From the IMG/VR virus record IMGVR_UViG_3300032360_000010, positions 1 to 53,239 of that record: 53,239 nucleotides of DNA. One strand, 5' to 3'. The notes under the pieces were generated by a model that was not told where the DNA came from, did no database searches, and saw nothing but the letters and a program-made list of their open reading frames with translations. This stretch comes from a virus. Taxonomy: Duplodnaviria > Caudoviricetes. Positions within the stretch are counted from its first letter, which is position 1. Every line of letters begins with the position of its first letter. The position numbers and the translations under genes were made by a program. Positions 9,469 to 19,480 of the stretch are shown piece after piece.

Positions 9469-10218
9469 ATGTCCATCCCCGCCAAACGAGGGGTCGATCT
9501 CTCGTTGCTTCATCCACGTTTCATAAAGAGGTTAGAAGCCTTCTTCAATGACCCGCGTATCAGCGGACGAGTTCAAATAACTAGTGGATGTCGTACTTAT
9601 GCGAAACAAAAATATTTCTATGATGGCTATAAAAAGCGTAAGGCTGGATTCAATTTAGCCGCTAATCCCGACAGACGATTTGGACCTAAAGCCTTAAATG
9701 GTATTGGGATTTGGAGAGGAAGTTGGCACATGGAACAGGACGACGGATTTTGCTATGCGGTCGATTTCGGTCTATGTGGTAACGGAATAAAAAAGTGGGA
9801 AGTAAACAACATTGCTAAAGAGTATGGGATGCATCCCACGGTTCGTGGAGAGTGGTGGCATCACCAGCCTCGTGCTTCAACTGAATGGTTTGATGCTCCC
9901 GCTTTGACTGGTGTGGGGGTTAAGGAAGAAACAAAAGAACCAGTTATGGATTGGGGGGCATTGTTGCGATATCACGCTGCTCTTACTGCTGAAATCAGGA
10001 CAAATCCGATTCGCAGAAAAGAACGTTCAGATCGGGTGAAGGTCTTGCAACGGCGGTTAGGTGCTTTGGGTATTGATTGCGGAAAGATTGATGGGATCTT
10101 TGGTTGGGGAACCAAGAGGAAAGTTAAGCAGTTTCAGCGGATCAATCGTCTGACTAGAGATGGAATCGTTGGTCCGGGCACTTGGAGTGAAATGTGGGGG
10201 GATGAACCTCTCTCGTAG
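9469..10218 (+). CDS. Endolysin: M15-family zinc peptidase plus PG_binding_1 domain
   Basis: TSGCRTYAKQ, SWH...AVD and EWWH M15 motifs; C-terminal VKVLQRRLGALG...IDGIFGWGTKRKVKQFQRINRLTRDGIVGPGTW. Confidence 0.85.
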   Translation: MSIPAKRGVDLSLLHPRFIKRLEAFFNDPRISGRVQITSGCRTYAKQKYFYDGYKKRKAGFNLAANPDRRFGPKALNGIGIWRGSWHMEQDDGFCYAVDFGLCGNGIKKWEVNNIAKEYGMHPTVRGEWWHHQPRASTEWFDAPALTGVGVKEETKEPVMDWGALLRYHAALTAEIRTNPIRRKERSDRVKVLQRRLGALGIDCGKIDGIFGWGTKRKVKQFQRINRLTRDGIVGPGTWSEMWGDEPLS

Positions 10219-10286
10219 GTTTGTTTCGTCCCCGCTGCCGCAGGGGGGGTAAAATCCTATCGTTGTTGATGCTAAAGTAGGATGTT

Positions 10287-10580
10287 ATGGACGTACTTTC
10301 TATACCTCTCCGGTTTACTAATACCGGAGACTTTGTAAAGGTAGATGATTCTTCTAATTCTTATAAGGCTGAACAGATACATGCGTTTATGTCAACCCAT
10401 AAGGACGAGCGAAAGTTGTTTCCGACTTTTGGAGTAGACGATCCGACGTTTGGGGAGTTTGATCCCGCCCAACTACTGGGTGAATTCATTCAGTTTTATG
10501 GAGACACAATAAGACTAGAAAATGTAGATGTGATCAAACAGCGAGGCGCGTTAGATACTATCGAAGTCAACTTTACTTAG
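10287..10580 (+). CDS. Baseplate wedge / sheath initiator (gp25/gpW-like)
   Basis: 97 aa before baseplate J; T...ERKLFPTFG motif typical of the gp25 family. Confidence 0.75.
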   Translation: MDVLSIPLRFTNTGDFVKVDDSSNSYKAEQIHAFMSTHKDERKLFPTFGVDDPTFGEFDPAQLLGEFIQFYGDTIRLENVDVIKQRGALDTIEVNFT

Positions 10581-10589
10581 GGGTAGATT

Positions 10590-12218
10590 ATGGTTTCACC
10601 AGACTGGTCTTCATATGTAGACCTAACTCCATTCGATAAGGCTACTAGTGCTATTTTAGAGGAAAGCCTCACACAAGCAAGAGCCTTGATGCCTCATTGG
10701 ACTCCTCGTGTCGGACAGATCGAAACGACAATGATGGAGGCCACGGCGTTTCAGACCGCCAATTTGGTCAATGCTGCGAACCGGCTTCCTGCATCCACCG
10801 TTGAAACATTACTGAAGTTATATGGGATCAACAGATCGAATGGTGTCAAGGCAACTGCGACGGTAACGATTACGTTTACCGACACGGCTGGGTATACGAT
10901 CCCGGCCAATACGGCAATGGCTTATTACGGATCTGATGGATCTGTGTTTGTGTACACCCTTGACGATGCTGCGATAGTAGCGTCTGGGTCGGCGTCTTTA
11001 ACTTCCGTGGCGGTTACCGCTCAGGCGGTTGGAATTGGATTTAACACCCCGTCCAATGGCAGCAGCCTTCAATTGCTGGCCACAGTTCCGTATGTTTCTA
11101 GCACGGTTTTGAGTTCTAAGCCTTCTGGCGGTTTGGACATGGAAACAGATACGGAGTATTTCACGAGGGCGACCACGACGTTGGCTGGCTATTCTTCCGT
11201 TATGGTTACTCAAGATCAGTTGAAATCGTATGTGTTAACAAATTATACCGGAACGGTTTATCGTGCTAAAGCGTACAACATGCGACGTTTCTCTGACCGA
11301 AATATGGTCACGGGCGGAGGTTCATACGCTGGTTATGTCCTTCTTGTTGTTGCCGGTGAAAACGTTAACGGTTATTCCCGGTCTATCGAAGATGCGACTA
11401 TCAGTGCTGCCGATATTGCAACTATTAGTACGGCGATTACGGCAAAAACCGCTACGGGTGTGACGGTAGAAGTTCATAATGCGGAACTTGTCGGGATTGG
11501 CGTTACGGCGGTAGTTGCTAAAACCGCTTCGGCAGCGTCAGGAACTGTTATGACCGCTGTTCAAAGTGGGCTTCAAGCATATCTAGATAGCGATTATTGG
11601 GTGTTGAATACGGAAAATGACCGTGTGGTTCGTGTCAATGAAATTGTGAGTCTTTTAGACGGTATCGCTGGTGTTGAGTATGTGACTTCAGTTGTGTTGA
11701 CTTTGCCGGAAGAGTCCGTGTCATGTGCCACGACGGCAAATTTGTCTGCGGCTTATGACAATGGAACTCTTGGGGTTGGGGCGGCTTTGACGAACTCTGG
11801 TTCACAGGCGGCGTTTGCCGTTGATGGGGTAACCCCGTCTGTGGAGGATCGGGTTTTGGTCAAAGATCAAACAGCAGCATTGCAGAATGGGATTTATACT
11901 GTCACGGTTGCGGGCGACGGGTCAACAAATTGGGTATTGACTAGGGCACTAGATGCCGATACGACAAATGAGATGGTAGTCGATAGGTTTGTTTGGTGTA
12001 GTGCTGGAAGTACCAATATTAATAAGGGTTTTTCGTGTGGTGCAGCGGGAACAATCGGTACGGGCGATATTTCATTTACTCAAACTTCTTCAGCGGTAAG
12101 GGCGGAAGTTTTGGGTTCTAACGCCACTGACGGCACGGGTGCTTTGAGCGGAGATATCAGAATGAACCATTTAGGAATGTTGACCTATCCAAGCACTCTA
12201 ACTATTACGGTAAATTAA
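10590..12218 (+). CDS. Baseplate J-like wedge protein with inserted fibre-type module
   Basis: YGINRSNGVKATATVTITF...YTIPANT, VTAQAVG..FN and GGLDMETDTEY motifs of baseplate J; DRVLVKDQT...NGIY insert near the C-terminus. Confidence 0.85.
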   Translation: MVSPDWSSYVDLTPFDKATSAILEESLTQARALMPHWTPRVGQIETTMMEATAFQTANLVNAANRLPASTVETLLKLYGINRSNGVKATATVTITFTDTAGYTIPANTAMAYYGSDGSVFVYTLDDAAIVASGSASLTSVAVTAQAVGIGFNTPSNGSSLQLLATVPYVSSTVLSSKPSGGLDMETDTEYFTRATTTLAGYSSVMVTQDQLKSYVLTNYTGTVYRAKAYNMRRFSDRNMVTGGGSYAGYVLLVVAGENVNGYSRSIEDATISAADIATISTAITAKTATGVTVEVHNAELVGIGVTAVVAKTASAASGTVMTAVQSGLQAYLDSDYWVLNTENDRVVRVNEIVSLLDGIAGVEYVTSVVLTLPEESVSCATTANLSAAYDNGTLGVGAALTNSGSQAAFAVDGVTPSVEDRVLVKDQTAALQNGIYTVTVAGDGSTNWVLTRALDADTTNEMVVDRFVWCSAGSTNINKGFSCGAAGTIGTGDISFTQTSSAVRAEVLGSNATDGTGALSGDIRMNHLGMLTYPSTLTITVN

Positions 12219-12219
12219 A

Positions 12220-15200
12220 ATGCCAGCATCCACCACGGCAGTGGACTCCATTAATCTAATATCGAAAGACGGAGTCGTATTCGATTCTGCGAGATGGACG
12301 TTTGGTAACTCGTCTCTTCGGGCATTGCCTAATATTGGTCTTCAGGAATCTTCTCTTGGCAGCGGGATTGGAAAGACTGGGTTTCTTGTTACTTCTCTAG
12401 CCGCTGGTGAGGTCTTAGCAAAGTCGCCACTGTTTCCTGTTGTCTCTGATGAGAGTTATCAAGTTAGCGGCATTGTTCATGTCGGTACAGATCTGGCCGC
12501 TACAACAGTCAAAATCAAGATCGAATATTTTGATGTGAGTTCTGGTGTTGCCTCTCCTTTGGAATACGCGGGAGAAACCGAATCGGACGGGGCGTGGGTT
12601 GCTTCGACACATACACATGAACAAGAATTTCTCATAGACCCAAGTACGACTTCTGCCGCTCCGGCTCTTATTCCTTTGGTGCAGGTGGTCTTTCCGTTTG
12701 GTTATCAGAAAGGGACACCCATAGCCGGGGCAAAGCGGAACTGGGTTCCCGCCTCAGCGAACTATGCAAGGGTTGTGTTTACTTGTGATTCCGCTACGGC
12801 AGCAGATCAATCATACTTTTTGACAGATGTGTTTGCAATCAATCAATCAACAGTATTGAATAATCCAACATTGAATAATACTTACAGGCTATTGCCAGAA
12901 TATATTCGTGCATTGGATCAAAGAAGTGATATCTCTGGACTTTTGGGATTTAATCTAATAGCAAAACGTCTGCTTGCTGCGACATATGGATATGGAGTAA
13001 TCATTGGGGAAGAACTTCGGTCTTGGGCGTATACGAGAAGTACGGATTCAGCAACTGACACAGAAACCAAATCTTCTTTAACGGATCCTTTAAAGATCGA
13101 AGAGAGTTCTTTGAGGTGGTTGGCTCAACTGGTGGGTGTGGAGTTGAATAATCCATACACGGGATTGGCCATGTGGCTGTCGCTGCCAGATTGGAACTTG
13201 TCGTCGGATTCTACGAACTGGCAGGCGATTGATCTTTTGGATGCCGAATCAGTTGAAGATTCAGTTACTTGGGCTGCGGCTCGTTCTTCAAGTTATGAAA
13301 ACATAGACGCTTATCGACAACAAATTTTGTATGGGTTTAATGGGCTTAATGCTGGGAAACCAGAAGCGATGAACTCGTATCTTGGAACAGTTTTAGACAC
13401 GGATACGCCTGCGAGTTATTTCACTAGAATTAAGAAGCATTACAGGGAATCTCCGTTTCTTGTTAAATATGTTTTTGATGCAGATGTCGATCCCGATATT
13501 GGTGGGACGCTGGTTCAAACAGAGATGGAACCGACCCTCGCTGTGGGAACAATAGGGAGTCAATCCAACAAGGCACGAGATGCCGCACAGTTCGCTTATG
13601 AGGCGAAAGATATTTTAGAAGCCAACGTTCCGGGCGCAGGAGTAATTGCTAACGATGAGAGTGTTTTCAAATTCGGGAACGACGCCTGTTCTGCCATACC
13701 TGACGTTACGGGTTCGGGCCGTCACATCAATCTGTTTGACGATTCACTTTCTGATCCGAAGGCTTCACGTTACGGGATTATCGCTGGGGCTAGGTACAAC
13801 ACAGGGTTTGCGTTTTATCCGTCCGGGGTGAGTGGGTCGGAGGCTTACATACAAGCAGCGACAGTGTCAACGGGTCTGTCTGCAACAGCCACGGATTACA
13901 TATTCCATGTTTCGGATATCAGTTTTGGAAGTGGTTCCAATATTACCTTGTTCAAACAGGGCACCAGTTCTGCTGCCGACCATTGCGAGTGCGAAATCTA
14001 TCAAACTGGCACACTCCGATATCACAGGGGATCTAGTAGTTCCGGTGTGAGTACCGCATACGATTCTGCGATACATGATGCATCGTATGACTTCAGCGTA
14101 ACGGGCGATAGGTGGATACGGTTTGCTACCACTACTACGGGCGGCGACTACAGCAACGGAACGATTAGTTTCTATGTTGCTCCAACATTGCACGGGGTGT
14201 GCCATCCCACGGATTATTTGATTAATACACTCAATAATACGGCGGCTTTCAATCGTTACGACAACACAGCAACGGCTGAGTTTTTCCATGTAACTGATGG
14301 GGACAATGGGGTTGTTGGCTATAGGGCAGTTATTGCCGATGGAACGATGGATAGTTCTCTATCGGGCTTTTCAAATACCATGTCCGCAGTAGTAGACCTG
14401 AATTTGACAACTTCCACTTCTTATACGACAACCCCAGCCCTTTACGACGGGGTTGATACTTTCACCCAGAGTTGTGCAAAAAACACCGACGTTGCATACA
14501 CAATCGAATACGAGACAAGTCCTCTTACGATAGGAAATTGGATTGGTTTACCACACACGGGAACTGACTATTTGTATTTAGGAAATCAAAGTAGTTCTGG
14601 TGACAGCCTTGTTGTCTCTGGAATGGATAATGGCACCTACAACTGGACAGTTACTTATATGGATGGGGCTACAGCCACGGGTACAGGAACGGGTGTAACT
14701 ACGATTACTTGGGCTGCTGGCACTTATGGTGGGAAACAAATCGAAAAGGTTGTAGTAGCAGGAGTAGAAACATATACGTTCCTTCCAAGCACCATTACAG
14801 CCCATACTATTACAGCAAGCACTGGTACAAATCTTACAGGTGAAACATGGACGATCAATCGTGCGTGGGAGGACGCTGACGCATACGAGCATTCTTCGAT
14901 TATTGACAGGGATCTATTTCAGTTGAATCGGGAGGGTGGTTCTTGTTCTCCCCAACTATCAATAGGTCGGGATGTGCCCATTTCTCTGTCGATTAATTAT
15001 CGGCGCTTGAAAACGGATTTCGGTTACGACGATTACGTTTTCAAGCATCCCAATTTCCAAATGAAATTCAGTAGTAGTGGGGTGACTTTTACTGTCACGG
15101 ACGCGTTCGACAAGTCGGCCACAGCATTCAACACGGCTTCGCTGACTTGGAATGACACTTCCCGTATCGGAGAATGGAATCATGTCGGTCTAGTTCGCGA

Positions 15201-15426
15201 TGTGGCAAATAACAAGATTTTGTTGTATGCGAATGGAACAGCAATATCGAATGCAACAGACACCACAACTAAGGGATTAGCCACCCGAACGGGAAGTTCT
15301 ACGGATGCAAATGTTACATTTCATTCCAATAACAAACCGGGTTGGCAGTTTAATCATTTCGCAATCTTTAATGAAGCATTATCCACGGCGGATATGGAAA
15401 GAGTAAGGCAGACACTGCCCACTTAA
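12220..15426 (+). CDS. Baseplate wedge/tail protein (gpI-like core) with C-terminal LamG/concanavalin-like domain
   Basis: LLPEYIRALD...LTDP...LRWLAQLVGV gpI-like segment; WNHVGLVRD...LLYANG...FAIFNEALSTADMERV LamG signature. Confidence 0.65.
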   Translation: MPASTTAVDSINLISKDGVVFDSARWTFGNSSLRALPNIGLQESSLGSGIGKTGFLVTSLAAGEVLAKSPLFPVVSDESYQVSGIVHVGTDLAATTVKIKIEYFDVSSGVASPLEYAGETESDGAWVASTHTHEQEFLIDPSTTSAAPALIPLVQVVFPFGYQKGTPIAGAKRNWVPASANYARVVFTCDSATAADQSYFLTDVFAINQSTVLNNPTLNNTYRLLPEYIRALDQRSDISGLLGFNLIAKRLLAATYGYGVIIGEELRSWAYTRSTDSATDTETKSSLTDPLKIEESSLRWLAQLVGVELNNPYTGLAMWLSLPDWNLSSDSTNWQAIDLLDAESVEDSVTWAAARSSSYENIDAYRQQILYGFNGLNAGKPEAMNSYLGTVLDTDTPASYFTRIKKHYRESPFLVKYVFDADVDPDIGGTLVQTEMEPTLAVGTIGSQSNKARDAAQFAYEAKDILEANVPGAGVIANDESVFKFGNDACSAIPDVTGSGRHINLFDDSLSDPKASRYGIIAGARYNTGFAFYPSGVSGSEAYIQAATVSTGLSATATDYIFHVSDISFGSGSNITLFKQGTSSAADHCECEIYQTGTLRYHRGSSSSGVSTAYDSAIHDASYDFSVTGDRWIRFATTTTGGDYSNGTISFYVAPTLHGVCHPTDYLINTLNNTAAFNRYDNTATAEFFHVTDGDNGVVGYRAVIADGTMDSSLSGFSNTMSAVVDLNLTTSTSYTTTPALYDGVDTFTQSCAKNTDVAYTIEYETSPLTIGNWIGLPHTGTDYLYLGNQSSSGDSLVVSGMDNGTYNWTVTYMDGATATGTGTGVTTITWAAGTYGGKQIEKVVVAGVETYTFLPSTITAHTITASTGTNLTGETWTINRAWEDADAYEHSSIIDRDLFQLNREGGSCSPQLSIGRDVPISLSINYRRLKTDFGYDDYVFKHPNFQMKFSSSGVTFTVTDAFDKSATAFNTASLTWNDTSRIGEWNHVGLVRDVANNKILLYANGTAISNATDTTTKGLATRTGSSTDANVTFHSNNKPGWQFNHFAIFNEALSTADMERVRQTLPT

Positions 15427-15454
15427 AGTGTAGTATTTATTTAGGAGCGTCATT

Positions 15455-16762
15455 ATGGCCATAACACCCGGATCTAGATTTACTTCGTTGATCAACTGGT
15501 CAACCAGTTTGGATTCGTTCAGTCGCGTCCAGTTTAATGACGCCTTTTCTCAGTTGGATTCTAAGGCTGCGGGATGGACGGAAAGCAACAGTGCTGCGTC
15601 TGGTGAACTTAGCGGATATTTCCATTACAACACGGCTGATACCACTTTGAAGGTTCAAGTCGGAGGGCCGGGTGGTGCATGGGTTTTGGTGAATGATGGC
15701 GATGAGATGCGGGCGTCCACGATTGACGCCAAGGGCGATCTTCTTGGCGGAACAGCGGATAATACTGTAGGAAGACTTGCTGTAGGCACCAACAATCAAG
15801 CACTTGTTGCTAATTCCTCCGCTGGAACCGGACTGGCGTGGGCGAGCATCGTTAACAGTCTTACTGGAACGGCCAATGAGGTTGAAGTAGACGCTTCAAC
15901 CGGGAGTATTACCATTGGCCTTCCCAGTGCTGTAACAATTGGCACTCTAACTATCGACAGTGTCGCGATTTCTACAGTTCAAACAGGTTCAGAATCGTTT
16001 GTTGATAATGACACTTCGGTGATGACATCTGCTGCGGTTCAGGACAAGATCCTCGCGTATGCGTATGCAACAGCCGCAGGAACTATTCCCATTTCACTTA
16101 TCGACGCCAAAGGCGATCTCCTTGTTGGGAGTGCGGATGACACCGCCGTCAAGGTCGGGGTTGGTGCTGATGGTCGGGTTTTGTCGGCTGATGCTTCTCA
16201 GGCGTCAGGCATGGTATGGAATACAACGGTTTCATCTCTGACGGGTACGGCTGCTCAGATTTCGGTGTCGGCATCTTCGGGTGCTATCGCTATTGGTCTT
16301 CCGAACGATGTGACGATTGCTGGAACACTCACTGTGGACAGCGTGGGGATTGCTGCGGTTCAAACCTCCGCTGAATCCTTTGCGGACAACAACACTTCGA
16401 TCATGACTTCTGGGGCTATCGCAGACAAGATCGAAGATTATGGTTACGTCACTTCTGCTGCTGCTATTTCTTCGGTTACCGGTACCGCAAATGAGGTGGA
16501 GGCATTCACTAGTTTGGGAGCAGTCACGGTCGGTCTTCCCAATGATGTGACAATCACTGGAACTCTGACTGTGGACAGTGTTGGGATCTCCAATGTGGAT
16601 TCCGGATCAAGTTTTACAGATAACGACGTTTCGCTTATGACTTCAGGGGCAATTAAGGACAAGATTGAGAATTATGGTTATGCGAGTGTTGCCCAGTTGA
16701 ACGCGTTCCAAACTACTATTGACGATGTAGAAACACAGTTCTACATGGAGGTTATGGTCTAA
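15455..16762 (+). CDS. Tail fibre-like structural protein with internal repeats
   Basis: Two IDAKGDLL modules and three GLP.xVTI.GTLTVDSV...DN.TS.MTS repeats; Ser/Thr/Ala/Gly-rich. Confidence 0.7.
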   Translation: MAITPGSRFTSLINWSTSLDSFSRVQFNDAFSQLDSKAAGWTESNSAASGELSGYFHYNTADTTLKVQVGGPGGAWVLVNDGDEMRASTIDAKGDLLGGTADNTVGRLAVGTNNQALVANSSAGTGLAWASIVNSLTGTANEVEVDASTGSITIGLPSAVTIGTLTIDSVAISTVQTGSESFVDNDTSVMTSAAVQDKILAYAYATAAGTIPISLIDAKGDLLVGSADDTAVKVGVGADGRVLSADASQASGMVWNTTVSSLTGTAAQISVSASSGAIAIGLPNDVTIAGTLTVDSVGIAAVQTSAESFADNNTSIMTSGAIADKIEDYGYVTSAAAISSVTGTANEVEAFTSLGAVTVGLPNDVTITGTLTVDSVGISNVDSGSSFTDNDVSLMTSGAIKDKIENYGYASVAQLNAFQTTIDDVETQFYMEVMV

Positions 16763-17094
16763 TGGCAATGACTCATACGAAACTACATGCGCCTACACAG
16801 TTGGGAACGTCGCCTTCGACGTTGTATACCGTGCCAGCGTCTACTACGACAATTGTGAAGCAGATCGCTTTATGTAATACCGCTGCTGCCAATAGGACTG
16901 TTTCTGTTTATCTAGTTCCTAGTGGCGGATCTGCTAGTGCTACTAATGCAGTTCTTTATGATGTAAGTGTTGATTCAAAGTCAACAACTTTTGTCAACTT
17001 GTCGGCTGTCATGGCGACTGGTGATTTTATTCAGGCTTCTGCGTCGGTCGTTAGTTCGGTTTCGATTCATTCATTTGGCATTCAGGAGGCGTAA
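16762..17094 (+). CDS. Small beta-rich virion protein (fibre adaptor-like)
   Basis: 110 aa, TLYTVPASTTTIVKQIALCN pattern common next to phage fibre genes; TAATG coupling on both sides. Confidence 0.55.
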   Translation: MAMTHTKLHAPTQLGTSPSTLYTVPASTTTIVKQIALCNTAAANRTVSVYLVPSGGSASATNAVLYDVSVDSKSTTFVNLSAVMATGDFIQASASVVSSVSIHSFGIQEA

Positions 17095-17753
17095 TGGCTG
17101 GGCGGCTTGTCCGAATAGGCGCTCCTGACGCTTTAGCGGATTTCTATGATTCGCCATCACACATCTTCGGGAGTGGAGAAGACGGCGTTGTTACCATCAG
17201 CGCGAACACAACTCTGACTGAAGATAAGTATTATCTTGATTTGACGGTTGATGCCACGAAAACTTTGAATACTGCGGGTTATCGGGTGTTTGTTCAACGC
17301 AATTTGTTCCTGTGGGGAACAATCGGGATGACAGCCGGACCTAGTTCTCAAGGATCCTTGGGGATCGGAACACAAAATACGAATGCAACCAATTCGTTGG
17401 GTGGTGCTTCTGCTTCTTACACGGTGACTGCCCCTACCGCTGCTTTGGGTGGAACGAAGTGGTACAAGAATCCTTTGAATGTTGTTGATGGTTATTCGTT
17501 TGATCCCAGTAATGGCACTATCAATCTTCTCAAGGGTGGAGCAGGAGATGGAACAAATTATGGCGGTGGTGTGGTAATCGTTACTGCTCGTTATCTTTTC
17601 GGAGATGGAAACATTTCGGCAGCAGCATCTGGAAATGCGGGTGGCGGTGTGATGTTCTTAATTTCCTCAGATAAAAGCCATTCGTACACGCTGAGTGCGG
17701 CTGGTTCAGGAACTGGATCAGCGGGGAATACTTATTTCTTAGAGGCTGACTGA
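17094..17753 (+). CDS. Glycine-rich virion protein, paralog of the downstream gene
   Basis: FGSGEDG.VT...YY..LTV....LN..G.RVFV is shared with 17753..19480; GGGVVIV motifs. Confidence 0.6.
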   Translation: MAGRLVRIGAPDALADFYDSPSHIFGSGEDGVVTISANTTLTEDKYYLDLTVDATKTLNTAGYRVFVQRNLFLWGTIGMTAGPSSQGSLGIGTQNTNATNSLGGASASYTVTAPTAALGGTKWYKNPLNVVDGYSFDPSNGTINLLKGGAGDGTNYGGGVVIVTARYLFGDGNISAAASGNAGGGVMFLISSDKSHSYTLSAAGSGTGSAGNTYFLEAD

Positions 17754-19480
17754 TGGCTGATCCGAAATATGATCAGGGTGTCCGCCGAGAAAAGGACTTA
17801 CTTCCTTATGTAGTTGAAATGCTGCCTGAGGACGAGTTTGGCGACCTTCAATTCGATGGGGAACTGGTTTTTGGAAGCGGCGAAGACGGTGATGTAACGG
17901 TCACCACGAATACCAATCTTTCTGGGGATATGTATTACAACAATCTCACTGTAAATAGTGGAGTGGTTCTAAATCCGAACGGTTGGAGAGTATTCGTAAA
18001 AAACACTTTGAACTTGACGGGCGACTTGGGGATCAAAGACACAGTTACAAGTGTCGGCACTGGTTCTTTGGAGGGAACCGTAGCCGTTGGGGAGAGTGTC
18101 ACGGACGGTTTGGGCGGCGCTGGCGAACCCGACGACTTTGAGTCTTCGGGGTACACTTTTAGCGGCTCTGGGGCCGTGAACACTTCGGTTGGTGTAGCAG
18201 CCAATGATTTTTATGATTTGCGTGATGCTATTAACGCTTATAAGCAGCGTGGAACAGACTTTTTTCGTGCGAAGGGTGGTGCTGGTGGGGGTACCGGAGC
18301 GGATGGAGTTTCAGGAGCCGGGGTAGCCGGATCGTGGCCTCCGAGTGCGAACACAGTCGGCGTACCGGGGGGGAAGGGTTCTTCGGGGACTGGTGGCGCT
18401 GGGGGAACGGGTGGCCGTGGTGGTGCCGTAGTTATGGTTTCTGCCCGTCAGATCACTGGTTCAGGTGGTTTGTATTGCGAGGGTGGAACGTCAACTGATG
18501 GTGCTGCTGGAACAAGTGGAACGCCCGCTCCGACGTACACCGACCCGGCGTATAACCATGCTAATCCGGGTCATGGCAATCCGCCTGTCCAAAACCATCA
18601 CCACACCAGTGGTCACGCGTCAGAACAGAATCATCACGGGGTTCAAAACCATCACGGCACACCCCCGACGGCAGAACAGAATCATCACGGGGTTCAAAAC
18701 CATCACGGCACACCCCCGACGGCAGTTCAAAACCATCACGGGGTTCAAAACCATCACGGCACAGATCCAACGCCGGGAACGGCCAGCCCGGACCCGACAT
18801 CGAACCCTGATGCGTCATCGCATCATCATGACAGCACATCCGGTACAAATCCTGATACGCCAGTGACGAATCCTCCTGTGCATGTCACGATTCCGGGTAG
18901 CGAAAATCCGGGTCACCATAATTTCCAACCGTTTCCGCATCACAACCCCGGAAACCACAACCCGACAAACCATATGGTGCAACCGGGCAGTCATCATCAC
19001 AACCCCGGAAACCCGTACACGAACCATCATGTGGTTACGAACCATCACGGAACGCCCCCCACGAATTATCCCCCAAATCCACCCGTTGCGAATCCTGATG
19101 CATCAGATCATCATAATGCAGCGGCACAAAATCATCACACTAACCCTGATGCATCAGATCATCATCACGATTCGGAACAAAATCATCACACGAATCCTGA
19201 TGCATCAGATCATCATCACGCCCCCATGACAAACCATCACATCACACATCATCTCACTCCGGATACTCATGGAACGCCTCCCACTCCTCCGGGTACGGGC
19301 CATCAGGCGGCGATTGATTATCCCGGTGGGGCGGGTGGAACTGGCTATCAGGGGCAGCGAGGCGGTCGCGGTGGAGGCGGTGTTTTGATTGTGGTCACCA
19401 GAAATGCTGGTACACCGAGTTATTCTATTAACACAGGAGTAAATGGCAGCAGCATTGCCCTTGACACTGCCAACATTTAA
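17753..19480 (+). CDS. Glycine-rich virion/adhesin-like protein with large His/Asn/Pro-rich insertion
   Basis: Polyglycine segments (GGAGGGTG, GGTGGRGG) flank an approximately 265-aa NHH/PP-rich region; TGATG coupling to the upstream gene. Confidence 0.7.
   Translation: MADPKYDQGVRREKDLLPYVVEMLPEDEFGDLQFDGELVFGSGEDGDVTVTTNTNLSGDMYYNNLTVNSGVVLNPNGWRVFVKNTLNLTGDLGIKDTVTSVGTGSLEGTVAVGESVTDGLGGAGEPDDFESSGYTFSGSGAVNTSVGVAANDFYDLRDAINAYKQRGTDFFRAKGGAGGGTGADGVSGAGVAGSWPPSANTVGVPGGKGSSGTGGAGGTGGRGGAVVMVSARQITGSGGLYCEGGTSTDGAAGTSGTPAPTYTDPAYNHANPGHGNPPVQNHHHTSGHASEQNHHGVQNHHGTPPTAEQNHHGVQNHHGTPPTAVQNHHGVQNHHGTDPTPGTASPDPTSNPDASSHHHDSTSGTNPDTPVTNPPVHVTIPGSENPGHHNFQPFPHHNPGNHNPTNHMVQPGSHHHNPGNPYTNHHVVTNHHGTPPTNYPPNPPVANPDASDHHNAAAQNHHTNPDASDHHHDSEQNHHTNPDASDHHHAPMTNHHITHHLTPDTHGTPPTPPGTGHQAAIDYPGGAGGTGYQGQRGGRGGGGVLIVVTRNAGTPSYSINTGVNGSSIALDTANI
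18621..18762 (+). repeat. 51-bp (17-aa) tandem repeat, about 2.8 copies (EQNHHGVQNHHGTPPTA)
   Basis: Copies start at 18621, 18672 and 18723; the first two are identical in DNA. Confidence 0.9.
19091..19243 (+). repeat. Second 51-bp (17-aa) tandem repeat, 3 copies (NPDASDHH...NHH)
   Basis: Copies start at 19091, 19142 and 19193. Confidence 0.88.

Noticed and set aside
9440-10250. Short GC hairpins flanking the endolysin (about 9446-9458 and 10230-10249) as terminators
   Set aside because: Stems are short or imperfect and lack a U-tract; not supportable.
1-15426. Extracellular contractile injection system or tailocin instead of phage
   Set aside because: Not excluded, because no head genes are in the window. 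The long tape measure, G/GT frameshift, single tube gene, no AAA ATPase in the window and phage-like accessory genes favour a phage.
18621-19243. CRISPR-like array
   Set aside because: The repeats are in-frame 51-bp tandem coding units without unique spacers of CRISPR type; no cas genes.
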